A stretch of DNA of 64,000 nucleotides from an uncultured Desulfosarcina sp. (lineage in GTDB: Bacteria > Desulfobacterota > Desulfobacteria > Desulfobacterales > Desulfosarcinaceae): contig CAXXWQ010000001.1 of assembly GCA_963674945.2 (NCBI GenBank), positions 160,001-224,000 on the forward strand. The letters run 5' to 3'. Below, in pieces: positions 9,541-20,044 of the stretch. Under the pieces are notes generated by a model that was given only the letters and a program-made list of their open reading frames with translations, was not told the DNA's origin and did not search any database. Every line of letters starts with the position of its first letter. Position 1 is the first letter of the stretch. Both the position numbers and the translations under genes were made by a program.

Positions 9541-9840
9541 ATGCAGTTTATCGTCAGAGGACTGGACGGAACGGATGAAAACGCCCTGGAACGAAGAATG
9601 GCAGCCAGGGAAAACCATCTGGCAATGGCCAAGAAAATGTATGCGAAGAAAAAATGGCTGTATGCGGCAGCGATCCTGGATGACGGCGGGAAGATGATCG
9701 GATCTGTCATCATCTGCGATTTTGAATCAGAAGAAGTGCTTCGGGAAGAGTGGCTGGACCGCGAACCGTACATCCTGGGAAATGTCTGGGAAACCGTGGA
9801 GATTTCCAGGGCGCAGGTGGCGCCGCTGTGGGATTTATAG
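9541..9840 (+). CDS. YciI family protein
   Basis: D...RMAARENHL...GSVII...EPY. Confidence 0.85.
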   Translation: MQFIVRGLDGTDENALERRMAARENHLAMAKKMYAKKKWLYAAAILDDGGKMIGSVIICDFESEEVLREEWLDREPYILGNVWETVEISRAQVAPLWDL

Positions 9841-9879
9841 TGGCTTTCAAAATAACGGTCAGATTCGAAAGGAGGACCA

Positions 9880-10152
9880 ATGGTCGCCTACTACATCTAT
9901 GATGAAAGAAAAGACGAAGACATCATCCTCGTGCCGGACATGGGATGTGCCGTAACCGTAGACAAGGCCATGATGGAGGCCTTTATCTCCCCGGCACCCG
10001 TCTTTGCCGAATGGTCGGGCGAAACATGCGTGGACGTGAAGCCGGAGGATTTCGGCACCGTCATCGCTTCCCGTCAGGAGGGGGGGGATGTCTGCGTCCT
10101 CAAGGATAGGATCTGGCAGGCCCGCATGGACCATTATCTAAGCAAGGAATAG
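9880..10152 (+). CDS. Hypothetical acidic protein
   Basis: 90-aa ORF with AAAGGAGG RBS in an operon context. Confidence 0.75.
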   Translation: MVAYYIYDERKDEDIILVPDMGCAVTVDKAMMEAFISPAPVFAEWSGETCVDVKPEDFGTVIASRQEGGDVCVLKDRIWQARMDHYLSKE

Positions 10153-10186
10153 GCCGCAGCAGAGAAAATGGCAGGAGAAATGGAAA

Positions 10187-11062
10187 TCAGGATGTGTGGT
10201 CGTTTTTTTTCTCCACCAACATCTTCCGCAGTGCAACTCTCCAGTGAACCGGCTGAATTTCGAAATCTTTCCAGGTACGCCAGCACCCAAGGGCGCTGTA
10301 GGAGGGACGCCTTGCCCTGGTCGGAAATTCGGCGGTCGTTATGGGCAATATGTGAATCGTGCGGTCGAGCAAGCCGCAACCGAGGGCCTCTTCCTGTATG
10401 GCGACGGCAAAATCGTACCAGCTTGTAATGCCGGCGTCCGACCAGTGGTAGATTCCCTTCAAATCTTTGTTTTCAAGTGCTTTCCAGATCGCCGCCGCCA
10501 GTGTGGACGCCCATGTGGGGGATCCCACCTGGTCGGCGACGACAGAAATCCGGTCCCGTTTGGCCATCAGTCGGAGCATGGTCAAAACAAAGTTGTTGCC
10601 GTATTGGCTGTACAGCCAGGATGTGCGGAGTATCAGCGTATCATCCGCATTTTCCATGATCGCAAGTTCGCCCTGGCGTTTTGTCTGACCATAGACACCA
10701 AGAGGGCTGCAGGGCGAATCGGCCATGTAAGGGGTGCAACCGGTGCCGTCGAAGACGTAGTCGGTGGAGATGTGAATCAGGCGAACACCCGTTTGACCGG
10801 CAACCAATGCCAGATTTTTCGGTCCGGCTGCATTAACCGCACTGGCGATTTCGGCTTCTTCTTCCGAGCGGTCCACGGCCGTGTATGCGGATGCATTGAT
10901 GATGACATCCGGCTTTTCCGAATGGACCCATTTTTCAACGGAAACGGGATCGGTAATGTCGAATTCGGGCAGGTCGAGGGCTGTCATTTCCATACCAGGA
11001 GGCCTGCTCTTCATGAGCGTCGTTCCCAGTTGCCCCTTGGCACCGATGATCATCGCTTTCAT
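10187..11062 (-). CDS. rfbD: dTDP-4-dehydrorhamnose reductase
   Basis: GAKGQLG, STDYVFDG, YGQTK, DQVGSPT. Confidence 0.95.
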   Translation of the reverse strand: MKAMIIGAKGQLGTTLMKSRPPGMEMTALDLPEFDITDPVSVEKWVHSEKPDVIINASAYTAVDRSEEEAEIASAVNAAGPKNLALVAGQTGVRLIHISTDYVFDGTGCTPYMADSPCSPLGVYGQTKRQGELAIMENADDTLILRTSWLYSQYGNNFVLTMLRLMAKRDRISVVADQVGSPTWASTLAAAIWKALENKDLKGIYHWSDAGITSWYDFAVAIQEEALGCGLLDRTIHILPITTAEFPTRARRPSYSALGCWRTWKDFEIQPVHWRVALRKMLVEKKNDHTS

Positions 11063-11604
11063 GGAAAAACCTCTGCATTCTGAAACGACGCGCCCCTCTC
11101 GTCTTTTTCGGAGACCAGAGGGTTTCCTTTCGTTGGCCATTGAATGTTCAGATCCGGGTCGTTCCAATGGATACAGCGCTCGTATTCCGGGGTGTAGTAG
11201 TCTGTGGTCTTGTAAAGGAATTCGGCAAAATCACTCAACACGAGAAAACCATGGGCAAACTCACCCGGCACCCAGAGTTGTCGCTTGTTTTCCGCACTCA
11301 GGTGCGTTGACACCCATTTCCCGAAGGTGGGAGATGATCGGCGAAGGTCCACGGCCACATCGAACACCTCTCCGGAAATCACGCGAACCAGTTTTCCCTG
11401 GGGCTGCCGAATCTGGTAGTGCAGTCCCCGAAGAACGCCTTTTCTGGATTTGGAATGGTTGTCCTGGACAAAGGAGACGGCAACACCGGTCGTTTCCGCA
11501 AATTGCCTTTCATTGTAGCTTTCGAAAAAAAAGCCCCTGGCGTCGCCATGAATTTTCGGCTCGATGACGAGGACATCCTGAATATTTGTTGATATGATTT
11601 TCAT
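11059..11604 (-). CDS. rfbC: dTDP-4-dehydrorhamnose 3,5-epimerase
   Basis: DARGFF, QDNHSKS, LRGLHYQ, FAHGF. Confidence 0.96.
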   Translation of the reverse strand: MKIISTNIQDVLVIEPKIHGDARGFFFESYNERQFAETTGVAVSFVQDNHSKSRKGVLRGLHYQIRQPQGKLVRVISGEVFDVAVDLRRSSPTFGKWVSTHLSAENKRQLWVPGEFAHGFLVLSDFAEFLYKTTDYYTPEYERCIHWNDPDLNIQWPTKGNPLVSEKDERGASFQNAEVFP

Positions 11605-11642
11605 TTATCGAATTTTCATGAACTCGTAAACGTCGGATTTCG

Positions 11643-11766
11643 GACGGCTTCGTAAAAAGTTCGAGATCAAGGCTTGCGAGTCCCGAAGAATGAGGCGTAC
11701 ATAGAGTATGCCACATTGATGAGGGATGAAGCGTAACGCCGATATCGGGCTTTTTACGAAGCCGTC
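11643..11766 (+). repeat. Repeat family C (124 bp) with perfect 17-bp terminal inverted repeats
   Basis: GACGGCTTCGTAAAAAG ... CTTTTTACGAAGCCGTC; extra leader ATGAACTCGTAAA from about 11617 is shared with the 18896 copy. Confidence 0.9.
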
Positions 11767-11772
11767 AAATTT

Positions 11773-12690
11773 TTATTTTTCCAAACAGATGGTACATGGC
11801 CCTTCGGCAAAGCCGTATCTTTTCCCCAATATCCGCAAAAGATACTGCCCGTACCCATTTTTATGCATGCTCTTACCGATATTTTCCAGTTGGCCGTCCG
11901 TGATGTATCCCAGACGCCAGGCAATCTCTTCCGGACATGCGATTTTCAATCCCTGCCGCCGTTCCAGAATTTCAACGAAGCGGGAGGCTTCGAGCAGAGA
12001 CGCATGGGTGCCCGTGTCGAGCCATGCGTATCCTCTTCCCATGAGCATGACTTCCAGTTTTTTCATCTCCAGGTAACGATGATTGACATCGGTGATTTCC
12101 AGTTCGCCTCTGTCCGAAGGCTTGATCTCCTTTGCAATGTCGACCACCTGGTTGTCGTAAAAGTACAGTCCCGTGACGGCAAAATCCGATTTCGGCTGCT
12201 TGGGTTTCTCCTCGATACCGGTTACGTTTCCCTTTTCATCAAAAGACACCACGCCGTATCGCTGGGGATCGGTGACCTGATAGGCGAAAACCGTAGAACA
12301 GTCCGTTTTTTCGTTTGCAATGGCAAGATGCTTGGACAGATCGTGCCCATGAAAGATATTGTCCCCCAAAATCAGTGCGCACGGGGAATGATCGATGAAT
12401 TCGCTGCCGATAATAAATGCCTGGGCCAATCCTTCCGGTTTCGGTTGAACCGCAAATCTGATATTGATTCCCCATTGGTGGCCGTCTCCCAATAGTTGCT
12501 CGAACCGCGGGGTGTCCTGGGGGGTGGAGATGACGAGAATATCACGGATGCCGGCCAGCATGAGCGTGGTCAGCGGGTAATAGATCATCGGTTTGTCATA
12601 GATCGGGAGCAATTGCTTGGAGATGGCGATCGTAATGGGATAGAGTCTTGTGCCGCTGCCACCGGCGAGTATGATTCCTTTACGATTCAT
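11773..12690 (-). CDS. rfbA: Glucose-1-phosphate thymidylyltransferase
   Basis: [37 protein letters not shown]. Confidence 0.97.
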   Translation of the reverse strand: MNRKGIILAGGSGTRLYPITIAISKQLLPIYDKPMIYYPLTTLMLAGIRDILVISTPQDTPRFEQLLGDGHQWGINIRFAVQPKPEGLAQAFIIGSEFIDHSPCALILGDNIFHGHDLSKHLAIANEKTDCSTVFAYQVTDPQRYGVVSFDEKGNVTGIEEKPKQPKSDFAVTGLYFYDNQVVDIAKEIKPSDRGELEITDVNHRYLEMKKLEVMLMGRGYAWLDTGTHASLLEASRFVEILERRQGLKIACPEEIAWRLGYITDGQLENIGKSMHKNGYGQYLLRILGKRYGFAEGPCTICLEK

Positions 12691-13769
12691 TATCGGTTCC
12701 CGTAGTTGGTGTCGATCCACTTGCGATATTCGCCGTCGGTTATGTTTTGTACCCAGGAGACATTGTCCAGGTACCATTCGATGGTTTTGCGAATACCCGT
12801 TTCAAAGGTCTCTTGGGGCACCCATCCCAAATCATTTTCGATTTTGGTGGCATCGATGGCGTAACGCCGATCATGCCCCGGACGGTCGGTGACGAATGAG
12901 ATCAACCGTTCATGGGGGCAATGATCGGAAGAAGGAGCGATTTCATCGAGAATGGTACAAATGGTTTTCACCACTTCGAGGTTGGTTTTCTCATTGTTGC
13001 CGCCGATGTTGTACACTTCTCCGGGATTTCCCCTGTCCAGGACCGCCATGATGGCGCGGCAGTGATCCTCTACGTAGAGCCAATCCCGAATGTTGGCCCC
13101 ATCGCCGTATACGGGAATGGTTTCGTTGGACAGCGCACGGTTGATGACCAGGGGGATCAATTTCTCCGGAAATTGGTAGGGACCATAGTTGTTGGAGCAA
13201 TTGGTGGTCAGCGTCAAAAGTCCATAGGTATGGTGATAGGCGCGGACCAAATGGTCCGAGGCCGCTTTGGACGCCGAATATGGGCTATTGGGTGAATAGG
13301 GTGTCGTCTCCGAAAATGCCGGATCATGTTTGCTAAGGGATCCATAGACCTCGTCGGTGGAAACATGCAGGAATCGAAAGGCGGATCGCCGGTCGTCGGA
13401 GAGACGCTCCCAGTAAGTGCGGGCCTGTTCGAGCAGATTGAAGGTGCCGACGACGTTGGTCTGGATAAAGTCGTCCGGGGCGGAGATGGAACGATCCACG
13501 TGGCTTTCGGCGGCGAAATTGACCACCGCCCAGGGCTGGTAGGTTTGAAAAAGCGATGCCACCGCATCGCGATCGCCGATGTCACCTTTTACGAAAATAT
13601 GATTCGGGTTGTGCTTCGCCGAAGCGAGATTTTCCAGATTTCCGGCATAGGTAAGTTTATCCAGATTGATGACACGATTACGATTTTGATCCAGGCATGT
13701 GTGAACGAAATTGGCACCAATAAAACCGGCGCCGCCTGTGACAAGGATAGTAGGAAAAGCGTCCATCAC
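12690..13769 (-). CDS. rfbB: dTDP-glucose 4,6-dehydratase
   Basis: [38 protein letters not shown]. Confidence 0.97.
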   Translation of the reverse strand: MMDAFPTILVTGGAGFIGANFVHTCLDQNRNRVINLDKLTYAGNLENLASAKHNPNHIFVKGDIGDRDAVASLFQTYQPWAVVNFAAESHVDRSISAPDDFIQTNVVGTFNLLEQARTYWERLSDDRRSAFRFLHVSTDEVYGSLSKHDPAFSETTPYSPNSPYSASKAASDHLVRAYHHTYGLLTLTTNCSNNYGPYQFPEKLIPLVINRALSNETIPVYGDGANIRDWLYVEDHCRAIMAVLDRGNPGEVYNIGGNNEKTNLEVVKTICTILDEIAPSSDHCPHERLISFVTDRPGHDRRYAIDATKIENDLGWVPQETFETGIRKTIEWYLDNVSWVQNITDGEYRKWIDTNYGNR

Positions 13770-13942
13770 AACTTTCTGTCGAGTTTGGGATTACCAGGAT
13801 GCAAACCTCCTTGATTAACTAACAATGCTGGCAGCCTATGTCAATACTCGTCTATGGCATTTTCATGCCTTCGCAAAATGAGGTCGTCGATTGCCGGAAA
13901 AATGTGGGAACGAAAGACCTGAAGGATGGTTCTTTGGTATTC

Positions 13943-14743
13943 TCAATCGTCTAACAGGAGAAATTGCATAAATACGAGCGGATTTACAGGTCCCGCGTTC
14001 GGATCGCTCTCTCCTTCGTCCACCATGCCGTTATGGTCTGTATCCTCATCGCCGTCCATGATGCCGTCATGATCCGAATCGGAGTCCGTCGGGTTTGTGG
14101 TGGTGGTCGGATCGGCGTCCGGGATGAAAATGTTTCTATCCGTTTCAGGCCCAATATCATCCAGTGTCAGGCCGATCTCCGTTCCGTCCTGGATCCCGTC
14201 TCCATCACTGTCCGCATCGTTTGGGGATGTGCCGAAGAGTTGTTCGTCCACATCCGTTATGCCGTCATCGTCGCTGTCGATCGTCGTGTCGTAAATAAAA
14301 TAGACTTCGTTCGAATCACTGCTTTCCACATCTCCTTCGAATGCCCGGACAACAAAATAATACCCGGTATCGTCGTATAGACCATATATGGTGGCGTTTG
14401 GTTCTTCCCCGGACCAGATGCAATTTTCGTAATCATAGTCCTGGCCTTCCAATCGATGGTACAGACGGTATCCATCCGGTGCCGGATCGGTGGGGTCCCA
14501 AGCCATGGTGACTTGGGCGGCATGACCCTTCGTCGGGATCAACAGGATTGCGATGGTGATGAAGATCAGGTAGTAGAATTTACGATACCGGCTGATGCAT
14601 TTCTTCGCCAAAGTACAGTCCTCCGCGACTTTCCGGAAAATCGGTGTATTCTTAATAATTTCAATGTGTGTTTGTGGTTTCGATGAATGGAAAGCAATAC
14701 AGATGCCAAAATTATAGGCCCATTTCCGATAAGAGTATAACAC
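13943..14743 (-). CDS. Exported protein: fibronectin-III-like domain plus acidic Ca-binding (TSP3-like) repeats; start uncertain
   Basis: Signal-like segment ending GHA-AQVTMAWD; YYFVVRAF..ES..SNEV; DSDDDG/DSDGDG/DSDHDG repeats; hydrophobic tail. Confidence 0.75.
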   Translation of the reverse strand: MLYSYRKWAYNFGICIAFHSSKPQTHIEIIKNTPIFRKVAEDCTLAKKCISRYRKFYYLIFITIAILLIPTKGHAAQVTMAWDPTDPAPDGYRLYHRLEGQDYDYENCIWSGEEPNATIYGLYDDTGYYFVVRAFEGDVESSDSNEVYFIYDTTIDSDDDGITDVDEQLFGTSPNDADSDGDGIQDGTEIGLTLDDIGPETDRNIFIPDADPTTTTNPTDSDSDHDGIMDGDEDTDHNGMVDEGESDPNAGPVNPLVFMQFLLLDD

Positions 14744-14877
14744 CCTGTATTAAATTAAGATAATCTGAACATGATGCCGTGTTTTCAAGTGCCTACAGTC
14801 CTCTGGCACGTAAGATCCGGAAAAAAACGTAATTTGATCGGCGGAAGCAGTATCGAAATCTTCACTCGATGAAAGTG

Positions 14878-14963
14878 ACGGATTCGTCAAAAGCCCGATA
14901 TCGGCGTTACACCGCATTCCTAAGGCTTTGCACACCTTGATCTCGTGCTTTTTACGAATCCGT
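14878..14963 (-). repeat. Repeat family C, internally deleted copy
   Basis: ACGGATTCGTCAAAAG ... CTTTTTACGAATCCGT with core CCGATATCGGCGTTAC and CCTTGATCTCG. Confidence 0.8.
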
Positions 14964-15282
14964 TCAAACAGCAACTATTTACGAGATCGTCAACGTTCGG
15001 ATTCGATTCAGAAAAAATTACTTGTAAAATTAAAGAAGTTTTCAGATTGGACGGCATCGGCGAGTTCAACCGCAAAATGGAAGGAAAAACCAAATCCGTC
15101 CGGATCGAAGAGATGGGAAATCGATCAAAGCCCCAATTGGAAGGATTTTCCCGATGTTGACTTACCAGTGAAATGGTATAGTCTATATGGACAGAAAGGA
15201 ATAGGAGGTACTACGAAGTCGGCGAGAATGGCGGTTTTTATGTTTTTTCCAACTTTGCACGATGGACAAAGGAAACCATCTT

Positions 15283-15627
15283 ATGACCGGACTCGAAGAT
15301 CTGAAAATTGCCACACTGAGCCCCGAAGATGTTGAAACCATCCGACGGCTGGAAAAGAAACTGGGCCCCAGTATTCGATTGGTCGCCGTGGAAGCAAAAG
15401 ACGTAATCTATGCGCTCGAGGCAAAGATGGCCCCCAATGAATGGCGGCGCGTGGACGAAGTCTATCCGCAGATCCAAGGCATGAAGGCTTTCTATGCAGA
15501 GCACGACGACGCAAAAACGGCCAAAGGCTGGTTGAAGGGCTTTCTCATCAACAACACCCTGGATCCCAAACCCAAGAAGCGCCCCATCCGCATTCGCCAG
15601 GTTGTGAATACGGAATCCGATTCATAG
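15283..15627 (+). CDS. Hypothetical protein
   Basis: Protein-like ORF with AAAGGA RBS; no recognised motif. Confidence 0.7.
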   Translation: MTGLEDLKIATLSPEDVETIRRLEKKLGPSIRLVAVEAKDVIYALEAKMAPNEWRRVDEVYPQIQGMKAFYAEHDDAKTAKGWLKGFLINNTLDPKPKKRPIRIRQVVNTESDS

Positions 15628-15639
15628 TTGACGGCGCAG

Positions 15640-15737
15640 TAAAAAGCTTTTCCAGGCCATAGGTGGCCAAACAGTATTGCGAAAGTAACGATTCTGTCAA
15701 TAATTTGCCGATGGCTTACAATGAGAAAAGCTTTTTA
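15640..15737 (-). repeat. Repeat family B copy
   Basis: Reverse complement aligns with 834-933 and 35309-35409. Confidence 0.75.
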
Positions 15738-15755
15738 TAAAAAATTCCTTTAGAC

Positions 15756-15948
15756 AGTGTCTATCCAGAAAGAGGAAAATTTGGTCGAGATCGAGGAGCG
15801 CGACCAATTTTCGCTCGGGTTTTACCACAGGTGCCCCGAAGGAGATGCCCTTGGGGTGCATATAGTTGATATTCCGAGGATAAAATGTTTCGCGCAACGA
15901 AGATATCGGCCAAAGCTAAAATTGGTTTGGCCATTTCTGGGTGGCAAT
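15756..15948 (-). repeat. Repeat family A, long variant
   Basis: Reverse complement closely matches 42920-43099, including the extra CCCCAAGGGCAT..CCTTCGGGG hairpin. Confidence 0.85.
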
Positions 15949-15950
15949 AG

Positions 15951-17570
15951 CTATGCGCCGCAGAGTTTTCCCTTCTGTAATCCAGCGATAAATTCTCTGC
16001 AGAGCGACTCAGATGTGACATGGGTGAACACCGTACCTTCGTGGTCTACCCCCCGAATCCGGCCATCAAACAAAAAATAGGAAAGCAATTTCAACCCAAC
16101 CAGGTGGCGATCGAGGCCGGGGTCCATATGGCATTTTGGGGGTGCCGGCATCGGCATGGGTATTTTTTGAGACACCAATGATTTCATGAAGTTGAGAATG
16201 CGGCCGAGGCGCAAGAGAGTGACCGATGCGGTCCGCGTGGTCGTATGGTCGATGGGAAGGGCCGTTGCGCGCATGGCGGCAAAGGATTCGGGGAGCAGTC
16301 CGAGCCGCTCACAACGATCGTAATCCCGGCTTCCCGGAGCCGGATAAAACACCGATACACCAACCAAGGCATCGCGTCGGGCCAGGAACAGAAGATCCTC
16401 CACCGAGGACCTGGGATCCTGGCCGGGTGCGCCAACGATAATGTAGCCGACGGCGGCCATCTTCTGCCGCCTCGCATATACCAGCGCCCGGTCAAACGCA
16501 TCGCGCACATCGGGGCGATGAAAGCGCTTCAACTGTTGCGAGTCCGTACTGCCCAATGAGAGATTCAGGGTCTTGAATCCCGCCGTTGCCATACCCGCAA
16601 CAACCGTTTCGGAAAGACTCGGGGGAAAGAGCCCGTTCATGGCGCGAAGTTCAGGAGGCGTTTCGCCGAAGATTGTGCCGATCCCAGCCATCAGTTCGAG
16701 AAACCAGCTTTGGTCCATGGAAAGGTTCTCGTCCTCGAAATCGATGAATCCCACGTTTTGCCCTGCGGTGACGGCACGCAACTCTTCAAGGACAGCAGAT
16801 ACCGGCCGTCGCCGGTATCCCATCCACGATTTTTTCCCGGTCGCGCAGTAGCTGCAGGAAAAGGGGCATCCACGGCTGGCTGTAATCGTTATGCTCTGCT
16901 TTCCGGCGCGACCATAAAATTTTTTATTGGTCAGGGCATGGGCGGGAATGGGGAGCCGATCCAAATTTTCACAGACGACGGGGGAACTGACATGCAGGGT
17001 CCCTTCTTTTCTTCGAAACACGAGACCCGGGACCTTTTCCATGTTTCGACCCATTTTCAATGCCATGGCGAGTTTTGGCATCGTCGTTTCGCCCTCGCCG
17101 CGCAACACCAGGTCCACGGCCGGTTCCTTCATTACCTCATGGAAACAGGTGGTGGGGTGATGGCCGCCGAGAACCACGGTCGTGCCGGGAAGCCGTTCCT
17201 TGACCGTTTGCGCGACGGCCCTGGCCATGTCCCAATACGCCGTAAACAGGGAGGAGATGCCCACGAGAAAAGCCCCGGATGATTCGACCCGTTCACCGAT
17301 ATAGGAAAGACTGTACCCATAGTGCCGAAACCGGTGAAACAGGGCAAACGGGCTCCGGTCCGCACGGCCGTAATAGGGGGAGAGGTATTCCATCTCGCCG
17401 GGTAGAGGATGCGGCCGGGACTTTCCCGTTGCCATTGCATCCAATATCTCCACCGAAAAACCCTCTTGCATCAGCGTCGCGGCGATGGACGCGAGACCGT
17501 AAGGAATGGTTCGTTTGGCCGTGTGGTAGAAATCCGCGATGGGTGGCTGGATCAGCAGGATGTCGGGCAT
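15951..17570 (-). CDS. B12-binding-domain radical SAM protein
   Basis: LLIQPP, PYGL, LGGHHPT, RGEGE, SRGCPFSCSYC. Confidence 0.9.
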   Translation of the reverse strand: MPDILLIQPPIADFYHTAKRTIPYGLASIAATLMQEGFSVEILDAMATGKSRPHPLPGEMEYLSPYYGRADRSPFALFHRFRHYGYSLSYIGERVESSGAFLVGISSLFTAYWDMARAVAQTVKERLPGTTVVLGGHHPTTCFHEVMKEPAVDLVLRGEGETTMPKLAMALKMGRNMEKVPGLVFRRKEGTLHVSSPVVCENLDRLPIPAHALTNKKFYGRAGKQSITITASRGCPFSCSYCATGKKSWMGYRRRPVSAVLEELRAVTAGQNVGFIDFEDENLSMDQSWFLELMAGIGTIFGETPPELRAMNGLFPPSLSETVVAGMATAGFKTLNLSLGSTDSQQLKRFHRPDVRDAFDRALVYARRQKMAAVGYIIVGAPGQDPRSSVEDLLFLARRDALVGVSVFYPAPGSRDYDRCERLGLLPESFAAMRATALPIDHTTTRTASVTLLRLGRILNFMKSLVSQKIPMPMPAPPKCHMDPGLDRHLVGLKLLSYFLFDGRIRGVDHEGTVFTHVTSESLCREFIAGLQKGKLCGA

Positions 17571-17715
17571 TGCCTTGGCGGAAAATAAAACGTCGAACAT
17601 CCAACATTCAACGTCGAAACAGAAACGTATGAAAAAATCCAACCACCAGATTACATGGGGATTTCATTTCCAATTGATAAAAAAAACAGCGAATACTGAT
17701 TTTTCCTCTCGCCGT

Positions 17716-18876
17716 CTACTCTTCCGTTGAATCCAATTGAGAGATGGTGCCGAAGGTGCGAATTTCCGCCGGCAGGTCTTCCTGGCCGATGACATTTTCC
17801 ACACCCATGGCATAGGCGCGTTCGATCACGTTTTGCAGCTGGATCAGATTTCCCGGCCAGTGGTACTGGAGCAAAATACTCATGGCGGTAGGATCAATGC
17901 CGAAAATTCCGGGTTTTCCGGTGGGACGTTTTGCAAACAGAAAATGGTTGACCAGCAGCGCAATGTCCTCTTTTCGTTCCCGCAACGGCGGAAGCTTGAT
18001 GAAAACGGCGTTGAACAGGTCCAGAAAATCCTTTTTTATGGCGCCGCTGGCGATGACATCCTCCAGATCCTGGCTGGTACCGGCAATCAGGCGGGGAGGG
18101 TGTTTCTCTCCGACTTTTTCACTGTGCAACAGGTCCTTGATCCGCATGCGTGCAGTGTCCGAAAGGGAGGAGACCTCGTCCAGGTACAATGTTCCCCCAT
18201 CCACGGATGTTAAGAGTTCGGAAAGGTTTACGCTGGTTTCTTCGGAGGTCTGCATCTCCTTGTCCAGGCTGTTGCAATTGGTGACGATAAATGGTTTTTC
18301 CTTTCGATCGCTCTGGTTATGAATGGTTCGCGCCGTAAGCTCTTTGCCCGTTCCACTCTCCCCTTGAATCAACACCATGGGATTGTCGATGCGAAGGGTG
18401 TCGATCACCTCGTACAACTCACGCATTTTGGGGCACAGACCGATGAGCGGGCCGAATTGGTGCCGATCCCGAGCAATTTTTCGAATCAGTTGTGCCTTGT
18501 TTTTGATCTTCTTTTCCTCACCGATCCGATCGATGATCAGTTTGAGGTGATCCAGCTTGAAAGGTTTTTGCAGGTAGTCATAGCTGCCGAATTTCATTGC
18601 CTGGATCGCCGATTCCATGGATCCGTAGCCGGTGACGATGATCACCTCGGTCTGGGGACGGTATTTTTTAATGGCCACCAGAAGTTCCAGACCATTGAAT
18701 TCAGGCATCTTATAGTCGGTGAAGACGATGTCGATCTCTTTTTCCTTTACGATTCCAACGGCTTCTATGCCGTTGTCAACGGTCGTTACATTGTATCCTT
18801 TGATCGTCAGGTATTGCTCGACCATGGCCAGGATGTCACGATCGTCGTCTACAAACAGGATTTGGGCGTCAGACAT
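17716..18876 (-). CDS. Response regulator with degenerate sigma54-activator AAA+ domain
   Basis: Receiver VDDD/TDYKMP/KPF; Walker A GESGTGKE; Walker B LYLDE; LPPLRER; WPGN; no GAFTGA and no HTH. Confidence 0.88.
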   Translation of the reverse strand: MSDAQILFVDDDRDILAMVEQYLTIKGYNVTTVDNGIEAVGIVKEKEIDIVFTDYKMPEFNGLELLVAIKKYRPQTEVIIVTGYGSMESAIQAMKFGSYDYLQKPFKLDHLKLIIDRIGEEKKIKNKAQLIRKIARDRHQFGPLIGLCPKMRELYEVIDTLRIDNPMVLIQGESGTGKELTARTIHNQSDRKEKPFIVTNCNSLDKEMQTSEETSVNLSELLTSVDGGTLYLDEVSSLSDTARMRIKDLLHSEKVGEKHPPRLIAGTSQDLEDVIASGAIKKDFLDLFNAVFIKLPPLRERKEDIALLVNHFLFAKRPTGKPGIFGIDPTAMSILLQYHWPGNLIQLQNVIERAYAMGVENVIGQEDLPAEIRTFGTISQLDSTEE

Positions 18877-18895
18877 AATTTGCTCCTGGAATGTT

Positions 18896-19021
18896 AACGG
18901 CTTCGTAAAAAGACCGATATCTGCGTTACGCTCCACCCCTCGTCACTGCGACGTATCCAACCATACGCCTCATTCCTTGAGGGTTCGCAAGCCTTGATCT
19001 CGAACTTTTTCTAAAGCCGTC
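18896..19021 (-). repeat. Repeat family C copy (shared leader extends to about 19050)
   Basis: Reverse complement aligns with 11643-11766. Confidence 0.88.
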
Positions 19022-19256
19022 CGAAATCCGGTTTTTTACGAGTTCATCAATATTGGTGGAAAAAAGGCGTTTTCTCTTTTTCGCTACTCCCATTAAACGA
19101 CACCTACATGAAAATTGATAACTTATGATGATCTATAGTCGACCCATGATAAAAGATCAACCATCAGTATACGCTACCATGACCTTGCCTTGCTGAATTG
19201 ACTTTGCAGCCGCCGGTTTTTATAATTAACAATAATAACAACGAATCGAAGAAGTA

Positions 19257-19742
19257 GTGGCTGCGGAGGCGCTTTTGTCATTTAACGTGATCATGGTTTG
19301 TACGGGTAACATTTGCCGCAGTCCCATGGCAGAAGGTATTCTGCGTACGATGTTGCCGGCCTCTGTAAAACCGGCGGTTCACGTGGGCTCGGCAGGAACC
19401 CACGGTCTTCATGGGAATCGGGCAGAGCCGTTTGCCATCGAGGTCGCTGCTTCTTACGGGGCGGATATTGGCGATCACCGCGCCAGGTTTCTCGATTCCC
19501 AATTGGTGAAATCTGCCGATCTGATACTGGCCATGGAGAATCACCATCTGGACGCGATTCACGACATGCTGTTCTTCCGCTGCAAATATGCCCACCTTCT
19601 GGGAAATTTCGCACCCGATCGAAAAATCGGAGAAATAGGAGACCCTTACGGCGGCCCGCAGGCGGCATATGAAACCTGTGCCAAGGATATTCTCGCCTGT
19701 ATGCCGGGGCTCATTGATTATATTCGACACAAGGTGTGTTGA
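19257..19742 (+). CDS. Low-molecular-weight protein tyrosine/arginine phosphatase
   Basis: VCTGNICRSPMAE, SAGT, DPYG. Confidence 0.92.
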   Translation: MAAEALLSFNVIMVCTGNICRSPMAEGILRTMLPASVKPAVHVGSAGTHGLHGNRAEPFAIEVAASYGADIGDHRARFLDSQLVKSADLILAMENHHLDAIHDMLFFRCKYAHLLGNFAPDRKIGEIGDPYGGPQAAYETCAKDILACMPGLIDYIRHKVC

Positions 19743-19759
19743 AAAGGGGGACGGAACAT

Positions 19760-20041
19760 ATGGGCACAGTCCGCCAGCAAATCGTCTCCTTTCTGCGTCA
19801 GGATGCCATGACGGCCCTGGAGATCTCCCAGGCCGTTCGGGTTTCGGAAAAGGATGTGTACCGGCACCTTTCGCACATTCAAAAAAGTATGGCCGGTCAG
19901 GGGAAGAAACTGGCATTTACGCCATGCACTTGCCTGGCCTGCGGATTTTCCTTTACGGATCGAAGACGTCTCACTCGTCCGGGACGATGCCCGCGGTGCC
20001 GGGAGAGCCGTATCGACCATCCCGTGTTTCGAATCGAGTGA
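19760..20041 (+). CDS. HTH plus Zn-ribbon putative transcriptional regulator
   Basis: HTH-like N-terminus; CLACGF...RCPRC. Confidence 0.8.
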   Translation: MGTVRQQIVSFLRQDAMTALEISQAVRVSEKDVYRHLSHIQKSMAGQGKKLAFTPCTCLACGFSFTDRRRLTRPGRCPRCRESRIDHPVFRIE

Positions 20042-20044
20042 TGC

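Noticed and set aside
11726..12076. ORFs containing RNADIGLFTKP-like peptides (also near 14750-14974 and the 18936 start)
   Set aside because: These are translations of repeat family C, not a protein family
13855..13870. Possible sigma54 promoter TGGCAT...TGC
   Set aside because: GG-to-GC spacing is 9 nt rather than 10; only a short palindrome
17589..17620. Heptamer run AACGTCG-AACATCC-AACATTC-AACGTCG
   Set aside because: Only four degenerate units, too short to support a call
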